DNA of 64,000 nucleotides from Squalus acanthias (Eukaryota). The stretch lies in NCBI GenBank assembly GCA_030390025.1, contig JASTWF010000069.1:744001-808000 (forward strand), written 5' to 3'. Below, in pieces: positions 50,501-61,714 of the stretch. Position numbers and translations under genes: made by a program. How positions within the stretch are numbered: the first letter of the stretch is position 1; each line of letters begins with the position of its first letter. Below the pieces are notes generated by a model. That model saw nothing but the letters and a program-made list of their open reading frames with translations. It ran no database searches and was not told the DNA's origin.

Positions 50501-53500
50501 TCGAGGTCCGAACAGTAGTAAGAGAAAGGCTTACAGCGGTCTTCTTGAACCACTGGTTGCGGGTTTGATAGAAACTGAGTGGCCACTTCAGAGGGCAGTT
50601 AGGAGTCAACCATGTTAGTGTGGGACTGGAGTCACCTATAGGCCCAGACTGGGTAAGGATGGCAGGTTTCCTTCCCTCAAGGGATATAAGTGAACCACCT
50701 TATATATGTAATATCTATATCCATATCGATATCTATATATATATATATCAGCCAACGTCACTAAAATAACAGATTATCTGGTCATTATCACATTGCTGTT
50801 TGTGGGAGCTTGCTGTGCGTAAAATGGAGGCCATGTTCCTACATTACAACAGTGACTACACTGGTATGTCCTGTCCACAAACACAGGACAAATCCAATCC
50901 GGCCAATTACCGCCCCATCAGTCTACTCTCAATCATCAGCAAAGTGATGGAAGGTTTCATTGACAGTGCTATCAAGTGGCACTTACTCACCAATAACCTA
51001 CTCACCGTTGCCCAGTTTGGGTTCCGCCAAGATCACTCGGCTCCAGACTTCATTACAGCCTTGGACCAAACCTGGACAAAGGAGTTGAATTCCAGAGGTG
51101 AGGCGAGAGTGACTGCCCTTGACATCAAGGCAGCGTTTGACCGAGTGAGGCATCAAGGAGCCCCAGTAAAACTGAAGTCAATGGGAATCGGGGGGAAATC
51201 TTTCCACTGGCTGGAGTCATACCTAGCACAAAGGACGATGGTTGTGGTTGTTGAAGTTCAATCATCACAGCCCCAGGACATCGCTGCAGGCACTCCTCAG
51301 GGCAGCCTCCAAGGCCCAACCATCTTCAGCTGCTTCATCAATGACCTTCCCTTCATCATAGGTTCATAGTCATAGAGTCATACAGGCACAGAACGAGGCC
51401 ATTAGGCCCATTGAGTCCGTGCCAGCTCTCTGTAGAGCAATCCAGTCCATCCTATTCCCCCTTTCTATCCCCGTAGCCCTGCAAGTTTATTTCCCTCAAG
51501 TGCCTATCCAATCTCCCCTTGAAAACATCGAGTGTCTCCGCTTCCACAACTTCCGTCGGCAGCGAGTTCCAAGTCATCACCACTCGCTGCATAAAAAGGC
51601 TTTCCCTAACATCCCCCCTGTATCTCTTGCCCAAAACCTTAAATCTGTGTCCCCTAGTCCTTGTACCATCAACTAGTGGGAACAGCCTTTCCCCGTCGAG
51701 CCTATCCAAACCCATCATAATCTTGTACACCTCTATCAAATCACCCCTCAACCTCCATTGCTCTAATGAAAACAAATCCAGCTACTCCTACCTGTCCTTG
51801 TAGCTAAGATCCCCCATCCCCGGAACCATTCTGGTAAATCTCCTCTCCACCCTCTCAAGCTCCTTCACATCCTTCCTAAAGTGTGGTGACCAGAACTGGA
51901 TGCAATACTCCAGTTGTGGCCTAAACAGCACTTTATAAAGATTCAGCATAACTTCTCTACTTTTGTACTCAATACTTCTATTTATGAAGCCCAAGATCCC
52001 ATATGCTTTGCTAACCACTCTCTCAATATGTCCTGTCACCTTCAGGAACCTATGCAAATTAACTCCCAGGTCCCTCTGACCCTGCACACTCTTTAAAACT
52101 GTGCCATTAAGTGTATATTAGCTCTCCCTGTTCCTTCTGCCAAAATGCATCACCTCACACTTCTCTGTATTAAATTCAATCTGCCACTTGTCTGCCCATT
52201 CTGCTAGCCTTTCTATGTCCTGTTGCAGTCGATTGGTATCATCCTCACTGTTTGCCACACCCCCAGGTTTGGTGTGGCCGGCAAATTTAGAAATTCTACT
52301 CTGTATTCCAATATCTAGATTATTTATATATATCAAAAAAAGCAGTGGCCCCAGCACTGACCCTTGGGGAACACCACTGTCTACCATCCTCCAGTCTGAA
52401 AACCAGCCATTTACCACAACTCCCTGTTTTCTGTCCTTAAGCCAATTCCTTATCCACCTGCCACTGACCCACCTATTCCATGAGCCTCAATTTTATTAAC
52501 CAGCCTTCCATGTGCTACTTTGTCAAACGCCTTCCAAAAATTCATGTAGCCAACATCCATTGCATTCCCCTCATCAATTCTCCTTGTTACTCCTTGTGAC
52601 TGCATTGTCGGAGGGCCAGTACTGAGGGAGAACTGTGCTGTCGGAGGGGAGGTACTGAGGTAGTGCTGCACTGTCGGAGGGGCAGTACTGAGGGAGCACT
52701 GTAATGTCGGAGGGGCTGTATTGAGGGAGTGTTGCACTGTCAGAGGGACAGTTCTGAGGGGGTGCCGCACTGTCAGAGGGGCATTACTAATTGAGCGCCG
52801 CACTGTCGGAGGGGCAGTACTGAGGGAGCGGCGCACTGTCGGAGGGGCAGTACTGAGGGAGTGCCGCACTGTCGGAGGGGCAGTACTGCGGGAGTGCCGC
52901 ACTGTCAGAGGGGCATTACTGAGGGAGCGCCGCACTGTCGGATGGGCAGTAGTGAGGGAGCGCCGTACTGTCGGAGGGGCAGTACTGAGTGTGCACCGCA
53001 GTGTCGGAGGGGCAGTACCGAGGGAGCGCCGCACTTTCAGAGGAGCAGTACTGAGGGAACGTCGCACTGTCGGGGGGGCAGTACTGAGGGAGCGCCACAC
53101 TGTCGGAGGGGCAGTACTGCGGGAGCGCCGCACTGTCAGAGGGGCATTACTGAGGGAGCGCCGCACTGTCGGATGGGCAGTACTGAGGGAGCGCCGCACT
53201 GTCGGAGGGGCAGTACTGAGTGTGCACCGCACTGTCGGAGGGGCAGTACTGAGGGAGCGCCGCACTTTCAGAGGGGCAGCACTGAGGGAACGCCGCACTG
53301 TCGGAGGGGCAGTACTGAGGGAGCGCCGCACTGTCGAGGGGCGGTACTGAGGGAGCGCTGCACTGCCGGAGGGGCAGTACTGAGGGAGCGGCACACTGTC
53401 GGAGGGGCAGTACTGAGGGAGTGCCGCACTGTCGGAGGGGCAGTACTTCGGGAGCGCCGCACTGTCAGAGGGGCATTACTGCGGGAGCGCTGCACTGTCG

Positions 53501-56500
53501 GAGAGGCAGTAATGAGGGAGCGCTGCACTGTCGGAGGGACAGCTCTGAGGGGGTGCCGCACTGTCAGAGGGGCATTACTGATTGAGCGCCGCACTGTCGG
53601 AGGGGCAGTACTGAGGGAGCGGCGCACTGTCGGAGGGGCAGTACTGAGGGAGTGCCGCACTGTCGGAGGGGCAGTACTGCGGGAGTGCCGCACTGTCAGA
53701 GGGGCATTACTGAGGGAGCGCCGCTCTGTCGGATGGGCAGTACTGAGGGAGCGCCGCACTGTCGGAGGGGCAGTACTGAGTGTGCACCGCACTGTCGGAT
53801 GGGCAGTACTGAGGGAGCGCCGCACTGTCGGAGGAGCAGTACTGAGTGTGCACCGCACTGTCGGAGGGGCAGTACTGAGGGAGCGCCGCACTTTCAGAGG
53901 GGCAGTACTGAGGGAACGCCGCACTGTCGGAGGGGCAGTACTGAGGGAGCGCCGCACTGTCGAGGGGCGGTACTGAGGGAGCGCTGCACTGCCGGAGGGG
54001 CAGTACTGAGGGAGCGGCACACTGTCGGAGGAGCAGTACTGAGGGAGTGCCGCACTGTCGGAGGGGCAGTACTGAGGGAGTGCCGCACTGTCGGAGGGGC
54101 AGTACTGCGGGAGCGCCGCACTGTCAGAGGGGCATTACTGCGGGAGCGCCGCACTGTCGGAGAGGCAGTAATGAGGGAGTGCCGCACTGTCGGAGGGGCA
54201 GTACTGAGGGAGCGCCGCACTTTGAGAGGGACAGTACTGAGGGAACGCCGCACTGTCGGAGGGGCAGTACTGAGGGAGCGCCGCACTGTCGGAGGGGCAG
54301 TACTGATGGAGCGCTGCACTGTCGGAGGGGCAGTACTGAGGGAGCACCGCACTGTCAGAGGGGCAGAACTGAGGGACCGAAGCAGTGTCGGAGGGTCAGT
54401 ACTGAGGGAGCGCCGCACTGTCGGAGGGGCAGTACTGAGGGAGCGCCGCACTGTCGGAGGTGCCGTCTTTCACATGAGATATTAACCCGAGGCACCGTCT
54501 GTTCTCTCAGGTAGATGTAAAAGATCCCATGACACTATTCAACAAAGAGTCCTGTCTGTAAAATACAGATGATCTTGTCATCGGAACATTGCTGCTTGTG
54601 GGATCTTGCTGTGCGCAAAGTAGACATTCACGGGTAATGTAGAATTAAGGATGTCCTTACTTACATTGCACAGTGAGTGCGAGGGTCTGCTCCGATGAAA
54701 CAGATGGATATCTGACTCTGCAGGTGAGAGTTTGTCCGTGGTGTTTGAGTGATGGAATCAGGGACAGGACAGAAGTATATGTCAGAGTGACACCATGCTG
54801 AGTTACACTGTTTGAGACTGACCCGGGTACGTCAGTGGGATTGACCCAGGTTAAGACAGGTGCTGTTCCATTGCACGTGGTGTTGAAGGTGCAGCTTACG
54901 TTCACACGCTTTCCTGCAATCATTTCAGCAGGGAATATCCTGGGTTTATCTGTGAAATCTAACACACAGAGAATGGATCCTTTTAGATAAATATAACGTG
55001 AGGCATCAGTTCAAATAGAAATCACAGTCCCGCAAGAGAAAGTACTTTTAACAGGATTATACCAGAACTGAGAGATTACAACGATTAGGAAAGATTGAAC
55101 AGGCTGGCGCTCTTTTCTCTAGAAAAGAGAAGGCTGAGGGGTGACCTGATAGAGGTCTTTAAAATTATGAAGGGTTTCGATAGGGTATACGTAGAGACGA
55201 TGTTTCCACTTGTGGGGGAGACCAGAACTAGGGTCCATCAATATAAGATAGTCACTGATAAATCCAATCGGGAATTCAGGAGAAACTTCTTTCCCCAGAG
55301 AGTGGTGATAATGGGGAACTCGCTACCACAGGGAGTGGTTGAGGCGAATAGCAGAGATGCATTTAAGGGGAAGCTGGATAAACACATGAGGGAGAAAGGA
55401 ATAGAAGGATATGTTGATGGGGTGAGATGAAGAGGCGTGGGAGAGGCTAGTGTGGAGCATAATCACCGGGATGGACCAGTTGTGCTGAATGGCCTCTTTC
55501 TGTGTGGCAGACTCGATGTAACTTTGTGTGAATCTGTAAGAAGATTATGGCCCAGAAATTGATCTCGCTCTGTTCCCGCGGGGGTAAGCCTTTCCCGCGA
55601 TGTCTCACCTCGCTTATGCTTTTTCAGATCCAGCTCGCACGAACTTGATGTTCCAGACATCAGCTGTGCTGGGCTTGCGTATCCCAGCGGCGTAGTGAAT
55701 TCGTGCGAGCTGTGGGATCACGTGACTCAGTTAGAGCCAATGGCAGCACACCATCTTCCATTCATAAGTCTCACAGCATGGCGGTGAAATCTATGAATCT
55801 TACACCCCCCCAAAATAACAGCTAAACCTCAATTAAATTAAAAAAAAAAACCATCACATTAATAAAATAAGTATAGTTAATTAAATTAACCATTTTAAAT
55901 AAAAAATTACATTTTTGAAAAAATTTAAAATCTTTTAAAAAGTTATAAAAATAAACTTACCTGTCTTTAAAGTCTCTAAAAAAGATATACCTGTAAAAAA
56001 AAATTCAAAAAAATACTTAATTCACTACTTACCTTCTTAAAAGCGGGTCTTACTCCTCCTTTTTACATTTCCAAAATCTTCCCTACTTACCTGCGCGTCC
56101 AAAGCATGAAGTGCACAGCGTGCGCGCAGCCTGTAGCGCGCACGCGATGCACCCAGGCCCCGCCCCCTTTTCAGAAGAGCAATTGCCGGTTTTCAGCGCA
56201 TGCGCAGGGCATGCAGAAAACCGGCAATTGGAGTGGGAATACGCGAGAGTATGCAGTGCGTACTCTCGCGTCCCGGGATCAATTTTCGGCCCATTGTTTC
56301 CTATTTCCAGTATTGGCAGAGTGTCTGTCACTGAGCTTAATACACTTTCTCTGCGAGACCCTTGAATTCACTATACTGGGTGGGGGTGGAGGATCTGGTC
56401 ACAGCCCCAGGAACACTGGCTCTCCAATCGCTCAGAGATCTCTGCCAATGTTAAATTAAATCCTCTCCACGGCAGGACAGAAACAATTTGCAATTATCAC

Positions 56501-59500
56501 TCAACCAAAACATAAAAGAAAGACTTGCATTGCTACAGCGCATTTCATGACCTCAGGACATCCCAAAGCGCTTCACAGCCAATGAAGTACTTTTGAAGTG
56601 TTAAACCAGATGATCTGGTCATTATCACATTGCTGTTTGTGGGAGCTTGCTGTGCGCAAATTGGCTGCCACGTTTCCTACATGACAACAGTGACCACACT
56701 TCAAAAAAAGAACTTCATTGTCTGTGAAGCGCTTTGGGACCTCCTGAGGTGGTGAAAGGTGCTGGAGAAATGTGAGTCTGTCATTTGTTTGCATGTAAGA
56801 CTTTTAAACACGATTAGAGAGATAGATGGGAGTCGATAAACTGATAACAATCATGGACACAGTCAAGACATTCAATCATTTATAATAAAGTGAGTATCAG
56901 AGGTTGATTTAGGACTGAACTGGAAGGTATCGCCAGGTTATTGATAATCAGACGCTGTGTTATAATAAGCTGTGTTTTGTGTTAATGTGTAACCGCCGCA
57001 GTTTATGTTATTTCCCACTGACTGTTGAGCGTGAATTGTGGAGTAATTATAACCCAGCACTTACCAGAAACATGAAGCTGTGTTCCAGGCCAGTAGGTAT
57101 AGTTATCACTGTTGTTAAATTCTATTCTGAAATAATAAGTTCCTGCGACTCGCTGTGTGATGTTGTTTATAATCAGGGAACAGTCACCATCTCTCAGGTC
57201 TCCAGACAGCCGGGTCCGATGGCGAAACTGTGACGACTCACGATTGTGATCCTTGGAGTGAAAGGCTATAGACCATGATCTCTGTTCCTCATTATTAATC
57301 CAGATTCCAGCTCGCGGTTGGTTTGCCAGATACGATGGATAAGTGTAATGACATGGAATCTGTGCACACAAACCTTCCTGTGCTGTCACCTCTCGTGGAG
57401 TCTCGCCTTTCCACTCCTCTGACAATACAGCTGGGGAGAGAAATATCAATATTTAGCACTGGATGGCTTGTCGCTCCACTGGACTCGATATCCACCCCCT
57501 CCGTCACTGGCGCACAGTGTCTGCAGTGTGGACCATCTACAGGACACACAAGGAACTCACCAAGGTTACATTGACAGCACCGCCCTCCCCTGCGACCTCT
57601 ACCACCCAGAAGGACAAGAGCTACTGAGACAACACAATCCAAGAATGAATATCAAACACTGCGCACCGTGTTCTGTGATTGGGGAGCATTATAGTGAACC
57701 CACATGTCGGACAGACTCATAGTCACCTTGCCCGTGGACATCGCACCCGCCTGTCCTCATGCCTTTTCCTCAGCACACAATGTTTCTGTATGTGAAGACA
57801 ATTCTTGACCCAACAGATGGCTCCATCAACCCAACGGATGGAAGGGAATCCTCGGCACGGGAGTAGACAAGTTCATTCTATAGTGGCTAACAGACCTCAG
57901 GACCCTGTTAAGTGAAGCAAGTCTTCCACCCAACACAATGCCTAAATGACGCACCAATTGAGGTATATTCTGTGCTGATTTACAAGGCAGGAACAGTGAA
58001 TTAGGATCCGTCAGAACTCACGCCACTATCTCCATTCTGAATCACTTTCGTCATAGAGTCATAGAGTCATAACGGCACAGAAGGAGGCCATTCGGCCCAT
58101 CGAGTCCGTGCCGGCTCTCTGTAGAGCAATCCAGTCCGTCCCAATCCCCCGCTCTATCCCCGTAGCCCTGCAAGTTTATTTCCCTCAAGTGCCTATCCAG
58201 TCTCCCCTTGAAAAGATTGAGTGTCTCCGCTTCCACCACTTCCATCAGCAGCGAGTTCCAGGTCCTCACCACTCGTTGCATAAAAAAGATTTTCCTCACA
58301 ATCCGCTGCTCTCTTGCCCAAAACCTTAAATCTGTGTCCCCTAGGACTTGTACCATCAACTAGTGGGAACACCCTTTCCCCGTCTAGCCTATCCAAACCC
58401 ATCATAATCTTGTACACCTCTATCAAATCACCCCTCAACCTCCTTTGCTCTAATGACAACAAATCCAGCTTCTCCAACCTGTCCTTGTAGCTAAGATCCC
58501 CCATCCCCGGAACCATTCTGGTAAATCTCCTCTGCACCCTCTCAAGGGCCTTCACATCCTTCCTAAAGTGTGGTGACCAGAACTGGATGCAATACTCCAG
58601 TTGTGGCCTAACCAGTGCTTTATAAAGCTTCAGCATAACCTCTCTACTTTTGTACTCAATACCTCTATTTTTGAAGACCAAGATCCCATATGCTTTGCTA
58701 ACCACTCTCTCAAAATGTCCCGCCACCTTCAGGGACCTATGCACATTAACTCCCAGGTCCCTCTGTCCCTGCACACGGTTTAAAACTGCCATTAAGTGTA
58801 TATTGCCTCTCCCTGTTCCTTCTGACCAAAATGCATCACCTCATACTTCTCTGTATTAAATTCCATCTGCCACTTGTCTGCCCATTCTGCTAGCCTTTCT
58901 ATGTCCTGTTGCAGTCGATTGGTCTCATCACTGTTTGCCACACCCCCAAGTTTGGTGTCGTCGGCAAATTTAGAAATTCTACTCTGTATTCCAATATCCA
59001 GGTCATTGATAGATATAAGAAAAAGCAGTTGCACCAGCACTGACCCTTGGGGAACACCACTGTCTACCATCCTCCAGTCTGAAAAACAGCCATTTACCAC
59101 ATCTCGCTGTTTTCTGTCCATAAGCCAATTCCTTATCCAAGCTGCCACTGACCCACCTATTCCATGAGCCTCAATTTTGTTAACCAGCCTTCTATGTGGT
59201 ACTTTGTCAAACGCCTTCCGAATATCCATGCAGGCAACATCCATTGCATTCCCTTCATCAATCCTCCTTGTTACTTCACAAAAAATTCAGTTACATTAGT
59301 CAAACACGATCTGCCTTTTACAAATCCGTGTTGGCTCTCCTTAATTAGCTTAAACATCTCCAAGTGTCCGATAATTTTTTCCTTGATTATTGTTTCTAAA
59401 ACTACACCCACCAACGATGTTATACTGACCGGCCTGTAGTTATTAGAATTGTCCGTACACCCTGTCTTTAACAATGGTGTCACATTTGACACTTTCCAAT

Positions 59501-61714
59501 CCTTAGGCACCTGCTCTGCATCTAGGGAAGATTGGAAAATTATGGCAAGCCCTTCCGCTATCTCCTCCCCCAATTCCCTTAGCAAGCCTGACCTTCTTGT
59601 TTGCTCTTCAGCCCTCTTGATTGTCTAAGCTGATTCAGTCTACTTGGCGAATTTTGGATTCTCATTGACCCACCTATTCCATGAGCCTCAATTTTGTTAA
59701 CCAGCCTTCTATGTGGTACTTTGTCAAACGCCTTCCTAAAATCCATGTAGACAACATTCATTGCATTCCCTTCATTTACCGTCCCTGTTACTTCATCAAA
59801 AAATTCAATTATATTAGTCAAACATGATAGCCTTTTACAAATCTGTGTTGGCTCTCCTTAATTAGCTTAAACATCTGCAATTATCCCATAACTTTTTCCT
59901 AGCAAGCCTAACTTTCTTGTTTGCTCTTCAGCCCTTCTGATTGTCTAAGCTGATAGAGTCTACTTGGCGAATTTTGGATCCACATTGTACAAGGAATCTC
60001 TTTGGATTCTCATTGACTGCAGAATCTCTTTGGATCCTCATTGTCTAAGCAAACTCTTTGGATCCTCATTGTCTAAGGAATCTCTTTGGATTCTCATTGT
60101 CTAAGGAATCTCTTTGGATTCTCAATGTCTAAGGAATCACTTTTGATTCTCATTGTCTAAGGAATCTCTTTGGATTCTCATTGTCTAAGGAATCTCTTTG
60201 GATTCTCATTGTCTAAGGAATCACTTTGGATTCTCATTGTCGAAGGAATCTCTGTGGATCCTCATTGTCTAAGGAATCTCTGTGGATCCTCATTGTCTAA
60301 GGAATCTCTCTGGATTCTCATTGTCTAAGGAATCTCTTTGGATCCTCATTGTCTAAGGAATCTCTTTGGATCCTCATTGTCTAAGGAATATCTTTGGATT
60401 CTCATTGTCTAAGGAATCTCTTTGGATTCTCATTGTCTAAGGAATCTCTTTGGATTCTCATTGTCTAAGGAATCTCTTTGGATTCTCATTGTCTAAGGAA
60501 TCTCTTTGGATTCTCATTGTCTAAGGAATATCTTTGGATTCTCATTGTCTAAGGAATCTCTTTGGATTCTCATTGTCTAAGTAATCTCTTTGGATTCTCA
60601 TTGTCTGAGGGATTATTTTAGTTCCAACAATATTGCTGTAGGGTGATTCCGATACAGCATTGTAGACTGACTTGTCCCCAAGCTCAGCACTGGCCCTACT
60701 CCAGCAGACTCTTTGAAGCACAGGAGCGAATCGCCTCTCGCCTGAGCGCTGTATGTGTCGGAGGTGCAGAGGCATTGGGTTCATGACTTTTGCAGGCGGT
60801 CTCGCTGCGTGTTTGTTAAAACTGAACTATGCCTCACACTAAACGTCGGTGGCAAACACACCTTGTTCCGTGTTCGTCTGAAATATTCATGATTTCAGCA
60901 GGGCTGTGGGGAAAGAGCGGGGGAGTGGGATTAATTGGATAGCTCTATCAAAGAGCCGGCACAGGCACGATGGGCAGAATGGCCTCCTTCTGTGCTGTAT
61001 CATTCTATGATTCTATTAAATGTAACTGCACAGCAGATCAGAGGCAAACAGAGAAACTGTATATATGACACCTTTATATACTTCCTGTCTTGTTTGCTTG
61101 TTATCTTAACCACATCTTGCACCCTTACCACGGTTGCTATCATCCTGAGAATGGGCAGTAATTGTGAGGACTGAACTGCCTGTCTATTCTCAGCACTGCT
61201 GTGCTGTCATCATGGCGAATTGTAACTAAAATTTGGATCTCTGTAATACACCAATTCTGGCCTCTTGTCCATCCCCGAGTTTTGGAAGGGAATTCCAGAG
61301 CTTATGGTCTGGACGTCTGAAGGCACGGCCGCCATTGGTGGATTGATGGAAATCGGGGAGGCACAAGAGGCCTGAATGGGTGGAACGCAGAGATCTCGGA
61401 GGCTTGCAGGGCTGGAGGAGGTTACAGAGATAGTGAGGCAGGGGGCGAGGCCATGGAGCGATTTGAAGACGAGGATGAGGATTTTAAATTTGGGGCGTTG
61501 CCGGACCGGGAGCCAATGTAGATCAGCGAGCGCAGGGTTGAGGAGTGAACGGGACTTGGTGCGAGTTAGGACACTGGGTCACTGCTGAATTTGGCCCCCA
61601 ATCATAGCTCAATAAGAATGATCTTTCACAAAGACTATTAACCATAAGTATGTCCGAGCTGACGATGATATTACCTTGGAGGAGTGACAGGAGGAAGTAA
61701 GATTTTCTGATCAT
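47320..61714 (-). CDS. Complete CD33-like inhibitory Siglec gene (leader-V-C2-TM-cyt1-cyt2), join of 6 exons, 373 aa
   Basis: Exons of 40+366+294+97+82+243 = 1122 nt. All introns are GT-AG with matching phases (1,1,1,2,0) and there are no stops. The protein runs MIRKSYFLLSLLQAVLSEEW...YYFRIE...TM...LLYASI...TEYAEIRFQ*. Orthology is not assigned. Confidence 0.9.
47750..48890 (-). mobile_element. tRNA-derived DeuSINE-type SINE with an internal 33-bp minisatellite expansion (47915-48776)
   Basis: A box GTGGCTCAGTGG and B box GGTTCAAGTCC on the - strand, then ~26 units, then the AGATGAGACATTAAACC...GATCCCATGG core. Confidence 0.8.
48999..49080 (-). CDS. First cytoplasmic exon (RKAATEERASEPSDIAMTTSPLSAKHQ)
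   Basis: ctatttcag|G AGA AAG ... CAC CAG|gtacag, 82 nt, phase 2 in and phase 0 out, exactly bridging the TM and ITIM exons. Confidence 0.85.
49551..49647 (-). CDS. Transmembrane exon of the inhibitory Siglec (GDGNEWRVGLLAAGIALSIALAGFVIFECVRK)
   Basis: gtttttccag|GT...CGAAA|gtaagt, 97 nt, phase 1 in and phase 2 out. Hydrophobic span followed by a basic stop-transfer. This frame is not in the ORF track. Confidence 0.88.
49736..50535 (+). mobile_element. 800-bp solo LTR
   Basis: TGTAAG...CTTACA termini; TSD ACGG/GCGG; AATAAA at 50440. Antisense to the Siglec. Confidence 0.8.
50865..51365 (+). mobile_element. L2/CR1-group LINE RT fragment
   Basis: NYRPISLLS, QFGFR, LDIKAAFDRV, PQGS. Confidence 0.88.
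51366..52599 (-). mobile_element. CR1 copy 'b' in the C2-TM intron of the inhibitory gene
   Basis: Same 5' junction with the minisatellite as at 3347 and 18044; has its own 3' tail and flank. Confidence 0.93.
52600..54462. repeat. 33-bp minisatellite (reverse orientation), ~56 units
   Basis: AGGGAGCGCCGCACTGTCGGAGGGGCAGTACTG units followed by the SINE core at 54462-54620. Confidence 0.97.
54665..54958 (-). CDS. Siglec C2-set exon (copy 3)
   Basis: gtgttag|AT TTC ACA ... CAA T|gtaagt, 294 nt. DFTDKP...VSC.FNTTC.GT.P.LTW...HHGQTLTC.V, including the extra Cys expected for the V-C2 inter-domain disulfide. Confidence 0.95.
55549..56292. mobile_element. MITE family A in the V-C2 intron of the inhibitory gene
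   Basis: GGCCCAGAAATTGA / TCAATTTTCGGCCC TIRs; absent at the paralogous sites ~8800 and ~22660. Confidence 0.82.
57065..57430 (-). CDS. Siglec V-set exon (copy 3, inhibitory gene)
   Basis: ctctccccag| ... TCTG|gtaagt, 366 nt, phase 1/1. Motifs EGLC..IPC, GDCSL.I and YYFRIE with the essential F-strand Arg. Confidence 0.95.
58051..59890 (-). mobile_element. CR1 copy 'a' in the leader-V intron (58051-59580), plus a locally duplicated fragment
   Basis: Extends further 5' (NYRPVSITS, SQHGFVKGRSCLTN) than the other copies; (TATGACTC)n tail at 58051. Confidence 0.9.
59975..60608. repeat. 28-bp VNTR (CTCATTGTCTAAGGAATCTCTTTGGATT), ~22 copies
   Basis: Direct inspection. Confidence 0.95.
61675..61714 (-). 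CDS. Signal-peptide exon of the inhibitory Siglec (MIRKSYFLLSLLQ/A)
   Basis: ggacaATG with A at -3. Ends CAAG|GTAATA in phase 1 and joins the V exon to give ...LLQAVLS-EEW, a plausible signal peptide. An upstream acceptor (ctttctctttcag) would start the exon at 61756. Confidence 0.8.

Noticed and set aside
24337-51365. L2-type fragments at 50865-51365 and 24337-25307 overlap by only ~40 nt, as if one element were split
   Set aside because: No simple rearrangement joins them given the gene orientations, and the family is abundant. Treated as coincidence.
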